This document shows, piece by piece, positions 59,612 through 64,000 of a DNA stretch of 64,000 nt. Source of the stretch: Candidatus Zixiibacteriota bacterium (GTDB lineage Bacteria; Zixibacteria; MSB-5A5; GN15; JAAZOE01); NCBI GenBank assembly GCA_043819555.1, contig JBDREQ010000076.1, forward strand, positions 1 through 64,000, written 5' to 3'. The notes beneath the pieces are model-generated. The model was given only the letters and a program-made list of their open reading frames with translations. It was not told where the DNA came from and made no database searches. The number at the start of each line of letters is the position of its first letter. The first letter of the stretch is position 1. Made by a program: the position numbers and the translations under genes.

Positions 59612-60709
59612 TTATACAATTTCCAATAAATTTTTTGGAGCTTTTGTAAGGATTGCGCAACCACCTTGGCGAATTACGACATCATCCTCAATCCGGACGC
59701 CTCCCCAACCCGGAAAATACAAACCCGGTTCTATTGTAACGACCATATTTGATTTTAAAATATCTTTGCTCATCATAGATAACCGAGGACCGCTGTGTAC
59801 TTCAATTCCTATGCCGTGACCGGTACCGTGGCCAAAATACTTGGCCAGTTTTTTCTTTTTGAAGTAATCCCGGCAGGCCGCGTCAACCGCCTTACCGCTT
59901 ATACCAGCTCTGGCCTTTTTTATGCCAGCCAGTTGAGACTTCAGAACGGCATCATAAATTCTTTTCTGCCTTGAGGTTGCCCTCCCTAAAACAACCGTCC
60001 GTGTACAATCAGAGACATATCCATTATAAGTTGCCCCAAAATCTATTGTCACAAAATCACCCTTCTCCAATAACTTGCCCGACATTCCCGCATGAGGCAT
60101 CGATGACCTGTAACCGGAAGCAACTGTGCTGGAAAACGCTTCTTTCTCCGCACCCAAAACCTTCATCTGATATTCCAGCTCCGCACCAACCTCTTTTTCT
60201 GAAATTCCCGGCCGTAAAAATCCTAAAATTCTTTCAAATGCCTTATCAGAAATCTGGGCTGCTTTTCTCAAATTTGCAATTTCTGTTTTATCCTTAATAA
60301 TCCACATTTCTTCAAGCATATTCGGATATTCAATAAATATCGCACTGGACATAGCCTTTGCCAATTGATTTTTTAAATCAATAGTCAGCCTATGCGATTC
60401 AATGGCGACCTTTAGATTTTTCTTCTGCGTTTCGTTAATATCAGTCAATGACGGAATAAGAGCTTTTTTCGAAATGATTACCTTGGCTCCAGATACTTCA
60501 TCATGAGACTGTTCGGCGTACCGAAAGTCCGATATAAAATAAGCTGATTTTAGTGTTACAAATACGAGCCCGGTACTGCCCGAAAAACCGGATAGCCATC
60601 GCACCCCCGGGACCTCGGTTGTATCCGAACAATCATTAATAATAACTACGGCCGCGTCTAAATTATCCGCGGCCAATCTTTTCCTGAGCTTGCCAAGGCG
60701 AGATTTCAT
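59612..60709 (-). CDS. Xaa-Pro aminopeptidase (M24B)
   Basis: DFRY, IDFG, SDCTRT, HGTGHGIG, TIEPG, GVRIEDD. Confidence 0.93.
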   Translation of the reverse strand: MKSRLGKLRKRLAADNLDAAVVIINDCSDTTEVPGVRWLSGFSGSTGLVFVTLKSAYFISDFRYAEQSHDEVSGAKVIISKKALIPSLTDINETQKKNLKVAIESHRLTIDLKNQLAKAMSSAIFIEYPNMLEEMWIIKDKTEIANLRKAAQISDKAFERILGFLRPGISEKEVGAELEYQMKVLGAEKEAFSSTVASGYRSSMPHAGMSGKLLEKGDFVTIDFGATYNGYVSDCTRTVVLGRATSRQKRIYDAVLKSQLAGIKKARAGISGKAVDAACRDYFKKKKLAKYFGHGTGHGIGIEVHSGPRLSMMSKDILKSNMVVTIEPGLYFPGWGGVRIEDDVVIRQGGCAILTKAPKNLLEIV

Positions 60710-61322
60710 CGAAATTTCCTTTATCAGTCAATTTTTTTTCTACGGATGAAAGTTTACTTAAAATGCGAGAATTATCTTCATCAATTATTAATCTCCGATA
60801 TACTTCCCGGGCCAGTTTATAATACCCCTGCTCTCTATAAATATCGCCTATCGTCTCAGTTACAAAAGCCGGTTCCAAAACTTTGTCATCTCCCAATGGA
60901 ATTCGCTCACTTTTCCGTTTAATCTTGAGCCTATGCGTCTGAGCTTTTTCTACTTTATTAATTCCGCAATATAATCCCCGACAATTGGGAGCCAACTCAA
61001 AAACCTTGCGATAATAGCTCATCGCAATCGCCTCATGCCCCTCTTCCAAAGAAATATCACCGAGAAATTTCAGGGCCGTCAAGTTATTTGAATCAAAGGT
61101 TAAGGTCTTAAGAAATTCACTTTGTGATCGCTCATAATCACCGGCAAAAAACAATGAACGCGCCATTATTAAATGCGCCGACAATGAGCCTGGATCGTTT
61201 TCGATATGGCGAAGACATATGTCAACGGCCCGCGAGTATTCTCCCGCTTCAAAATGTTTTTGAGCAACCGCGGGCAAATACCCCTGGCTTGCTAATGGTT
61301 GATTATCTTCTTTTATGTTCAT
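60663..61322 (-). CDS. TPR protein
   Basis: TPR-like helices; VTETIGDIYREQG. Confidence 0.8.
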   Translation of the reverse strand: MNIKEDNQPLASQGYLPAVAQKHFEAGEYSRAVDICLRHIENDPGSLSAHLIMARSLFFAGDYERSQSEFLKTLTFDSNNLTALKFLGDISLEEGHEAIAMSYYRKVFELAPNCRGLYCGINKVEKAQTHRLKIKRKSERIPLGDDKVLEPAFVTETIGDIYREQGYYKLAREVYRRLIIDEDNSRILSKLSSVEKKLTDKGNFDEISPWQAQEKIGRG

Positions 61323-61485
61323 AAGCGTTTGAGTAAATCAGCTTTTAATGATACGATGTGGCCAATTTATAGTCAAGCCAAAACCCTTTGAAATTCGTAA
61401 TCATTTAAGGACAAGAGTATAAAATATCCGTATCATGTTAATGTGAGGACTTTATCATAACCCAAAATTCAGTGGAGGGATTTTT

Positions 61486-61731
61486 ATGAGTGATCCCAAA
61501 ATTGCCGATAGATTGTCCGTTATCCTCGAATTGGAGCCGGGACGATACTGGTGGTGCGCCTGCGGACGTTCAAAAAATCAGCCGTTTTGCGACGGGTCTC
61601 ATCAGGGTACCGATTTTACGCCCCACGAGTTCGTCGTCACGCAAACAAAAAATATGGCACTTTGCCGGTGCAAACAGACAAAGAATAAACCTCTGTGCGA
61701 TGGTTCACACAAAATTTTGCCGCCAGAATAG
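61486..61731 (+). CDS. CDGSH iron-sulfur domain protein (two motifs, MiNT-like)
   Basis: WCACGRSKNQPFCDGSH; LCRCKQTKNKPLCDGSH. Confidence 0.93.
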   Translation: MSDPKIADRLSVILELEPGRYWWCACGRSKNQPFCDGSHQGTDFTPHEFVVTQTKNMALCRCKQTKNKPLCDGSHKILPPE

Positions 61732-61803
61732 TAATATATAACGAGCGATATGCATGATAAAACGAAAAGCGATGCCAATGATTTATTAAAACAAGATTTC
61801 AAA

Positions 61804-61889
61804 TGCCGGAGGCCGGACTTGAACCGGCACGAGCCTAACGGCTCAAGGGATTTTAAGTCCCTGGCGTCTACCAATTCCGCCACTCCGGC
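61804..61889 (-). tRNA. tRNA-Leu(TAA)
   Basis: GCCGGAGTGGCGGAATTGGTAGACGCC-AGGGA-CT TAA AA-TCCCT...GGTTCAAGTCC-GGCCTCCGGCA. Confidence 0.96.
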
Positions 61890-62026
61890 ATTGGTGACGA
61901 GAGTATAATCACTTCAAAGAAATAGCGCAATACGATTTTTGGAAATGTTAATTCAGATTACTATGGCTAAATCAATCATACTGGAGACGCTCTTCGTCAT
62001 GGTCACCGCCCGCAAATAAATAAGTA

Positions 62027-62055
62027 TTGACTATCTAATATTCATACTTTATATT
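62027..62055 (+). promoter_or_regulatory. Sigma-70-type promoter
   Basis: TTGACT-N17-TATATT. Confidence 0.6.
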
Positions 62056-62130
62056 CCCACTGCGCTCACACAGCATTATTCTAATATAAAAATCGAGCGG
62101 GAAAACATAATTACAAGGTTTGGAGGGGTT

Positions 62131-62769
62131 ATGAAATACATAATATTTGTATTAGCAATAGTTTTCGTGCTATCCAGTTCCGGATACTCGCAGAGTCTAC
62201 TTAATCTTGTACAATGGCCAGTTGATGATGGTGGCAATGATCACTGGTATGCAGTCATGTCGGAACAATACTATTGGGCGGATGCTTTCGTCGCGGCTCC
62301 GACTATTGAAGTTGATGGGTACTTCGGTCATTTAGCGACAATTACTTCTGCTGCTGAAAACGAATTTATATTTTCAAATCTCGTCCTGAATTCAATTGAT
62401 CCCTTGTATGGCGATCAGGCTTGGCTTGGAGCCAGAGACGTTGGTAACAATACTTGGGAATGGATCACTGGCGAGGAAATGATTTATACAAATTGGGCCC
62501 CTGGAGAGCCTAATAATCTCGGAACGGAATTAACAATGTCTATGTGGGATGTTGATACTGATCCCAATAAGCCTAATCAAGTCCCAGGTATGTGGAATAA
62601 TTCTCTGTCGGATCAGCGAGATTGGTGGTCGATTGTGGAATGGGATGTGATACCTTCGCCTTCTCCACCAGTGGATATTGAGCCACCGCCTATCCCCGAA
62701 CCAACAACATTAGTCCTTTTCGGATTGGGGCTTGTGGGATTGCCGGTTGTGAGGAAGTTTCTGCGATAG
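62131..62769 (+). CDS. C-type lectin-domain protein with PEP-CTERM sorting signal
   Basis: Signal peptide; HLATITSAAEN, WLGA, YTNWAPGEPNN; IPEP-TM-RKFLR. Confidence 0.88.
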   Translation: MKYIIFVLAIVFVLSSSGYSQSLLNLVQWPVDDGGNDHWYAVMSEQYYWADAFVAAPTIEVDGYFGHLATITSAAENEFIFSNLVLNSIDPLYGDQAWLGARDVGNNTWEWITGEEMIYTNWAPGEPNNLGTELTMSMWDVDTDPNKPNQVPGMWNNSLSDQRDWWSIVEWDVIPSPSPPVDIEPPPIPEPTTLVLFGLGLVGLPVVRKFLR

Positions 62770-62795
62770 GATACATATATTTTATTTTATATGCG

Positions 62796-62858
62796 GACTG
62801 GTGGCCCATCTCAAAAATAAGCGCAGCGTTTTTTTGAGGTGGGTTCCCGCTTTGAGCG
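62796..62858 (+). repeat. 63-bp palindromic REP/MITE-like repeat, copy 2
   Basis: Reverse-complement match to 23192-23254. Confidence 0.9.
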
Positions 62859-62859
62859 A

Positions 62860-62889
62860 TTGACATTGGCAGATAAATATTCTTATAAT
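62860..62889 (+). promoter_or_regulatory. Consensus sigma-70 promoter
   Basis: TTGACA-N18-TATAAT. Confidence 0.7.
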
Positions 62890-62919
62890 TAATATAAAAC
62901 GATTTGGTTTGTGGTGGCT

Positions 62920-63567
62920 ATGAAAATAAGAGCTTTCTTTTTCGATTTAGATGGAACAATAATCAGGAACATCGATTCTGTTAAATACCTCTGTATGCTA
63001 AATGATGGTTTAGAACAACTTAAAAAAATCGAAAGCCTTGAAGACAATAATATGGTTTCATGGATCGAAGCCGATTATCTTAAGGCAGAACTAATCAAAG
63101 GCATCAGTCTCAAAGATGCAAACGATAAATTCGATGATAATATTGAGCTGATTAAGAATCTGGAACCTGTTTTGACATTCTTGAAAGATAAGGGATTAAA
63201 GTTGGTGCTAATAACTGCGGGCCCAATTCAAGTCGCCAATAAACTCGGGACAAAATATGGCTTCGATGGTATTTACGGAAGTCAATATGAAGTAAAAGAC
63301 AACAAATTTACCGGAAAGATATTAACGCACCTGGGAAGCAAAGGCAAGGTAAATGGTCTTAATGATTTTTGTGAAAAATACGGTATTCGTCCGGATCAGT
63401 GCGCGGCAATTGGAGATAGCGATTCAGATATCGATATTTTTGAGAATTGCAGTAAATCAATAGCCATAAACTATACCGATGAATTGAAGGGAAAGGCCTC
63501 TGATTATATTATCACCGACGATCTTTTTGACATAATTGATATTATTGAACCTTGGCTCACAGAATAA
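62920..63567 (+). CDS. HAD-IB phosphatase (phosphoserine phosphatase-like)
   Basis: FDLDGT, ITAG, K, GDSDSD. Confidence 0.85.
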   Translation: MKIRAFFFDLDGTIIRNIDSVKYLCMLNDGLEQLKKIESLEDNNMVSWIEADYLKAELIKGISLKDANDKFDDNIELIKNLEPVLTFLKDKGLKLVLITAGPIQVANKLGTKYGFDGIYGSQYEVKDNKFTGKILTHLGSKGKVNGLNDFCEKYGIRPDQCAAIGDSDSDIDIFENCSKSIAINYTDELKGKASDYIITDDLFDIIDIIEPWLTE

Positions 63568-63588
63568 AAACTCTCCGCATGCTACTCG

Positions 63589-63999
63589 TTATAATGCCTT
63601 CTGATAAATTCCCATGATTGCGTCTTTTGTAATCTCAGCGGGTGTGATTTTGACATCACCCTTGACGATTGTCTTCTCGGCATAGATCTCAAAATCGCCT
63701 TGATTAATTCCATAGTCCGATAACGAAGTTGAAATACCCAGGCCATTAACAAACTCTTGAATACCACCAACTTTCTCAAACATATTATCGAGTCGCGACA
63801 CTTTTTCAAAAACGGTCGAGTTATCCCTCATGAAATTCATAAACTCCGGCAGTAAAATAGCGTTTGCTTTACCATGCGGAATATTATGATAAACGGTCAA
63901 CGGATACGCCATTATATGAAGCATAATCGTACTGGCATGAGCAATTGTTATTCCGGCCAACATTGAAGCATAAGCCATAGCATCCATCGTATCTTTATC
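63589..63999 (-). CDS. Iron-containing alcohol dehydrogenase, C-terminal part (5' end outside window)
   Basis: ASMLAG, HIMAYPL, HNIPHGKANAILLP; frame open to the window edge. Confidence 0.85.
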   Translation of the reverse strand, partial: DKDTMDAMAYASMLAGITIAHASTIMLHIMAYPLTVYHNIPHGKANAILLPEFMNFMRDNSTVFEKVSRLDNMFEKVGGIQEFVNGLGISTSLSDYGINQGDFEIYAEKTIVKGDVKITPAEITKDAIMGIYQKAL

Positions 64000-64000
64000 C

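Noticed and set aside
9038..61741. Many short antisense or alternate-frame ORFs inside housekeeping genes
   Set aside because: Shadow ORFs of well-supported genes, with no independent motifs
61602..61883. 93-aa ORF MAELVDARDLKS...
   Set aside because: Translation of tRNA-Leu(TAA) plus the antisense of the CDGSH gene
62131..62769. C-type lectin as a diversity-generating retroelement target
   Set aside because: No reverse transcriptase or template/variable repeat pair seen in the window
1..64000. CRISPR array, rRNA, integron attC array
   Set aside because: No regularly spaced repeats or rRNA sequence seen; the 63-bp repeats lack RYYYAAC/GTTRRRY ends

Overview
A 64 kb chromosomal segment of an anaerobic diderm bacterium. 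Gene order and content suggest the FCB group, possibly Zixibacteria-like (inference only). Most genes are on the minus strand. The window opens with the right end of an IS481-type element and a frameshifted multi-PAS/GAF hybrid histidine kinase. A nine-gene operon then joins a four-subunit 2-oxoacid:ferredoxin oxidoreductase to a HydABC/NuoEFG-like module that has no hydrogenase or Mo/W catalytic subunit. Further along are two tandem SdrD-B lipoprotein paralogs, pfk-OMP-gap-pgk-tpiA-secG-tRNA-Leu(GAG), mreCD-mrdA-rodA, accA with a polyprenol-linked glycosylation cluster, pyrRBC with a PyrR attenuator, accB-pilT-accC-gcvH-gcvPA/PB, tRNA-Leu(TAA) and a PEP-CTERM C-type lectin. The best finding, missed by the ORF track, is an apparently exported thioredoxin-TPR selenoprotein (52941-53903). 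It has an in-frame UGA in a U-P-W-C motif followed by a SECIS-like hairpin, and lies between gcvPA and gcvPB. All calls come from reading the sequence and motifs; no database searches were run.
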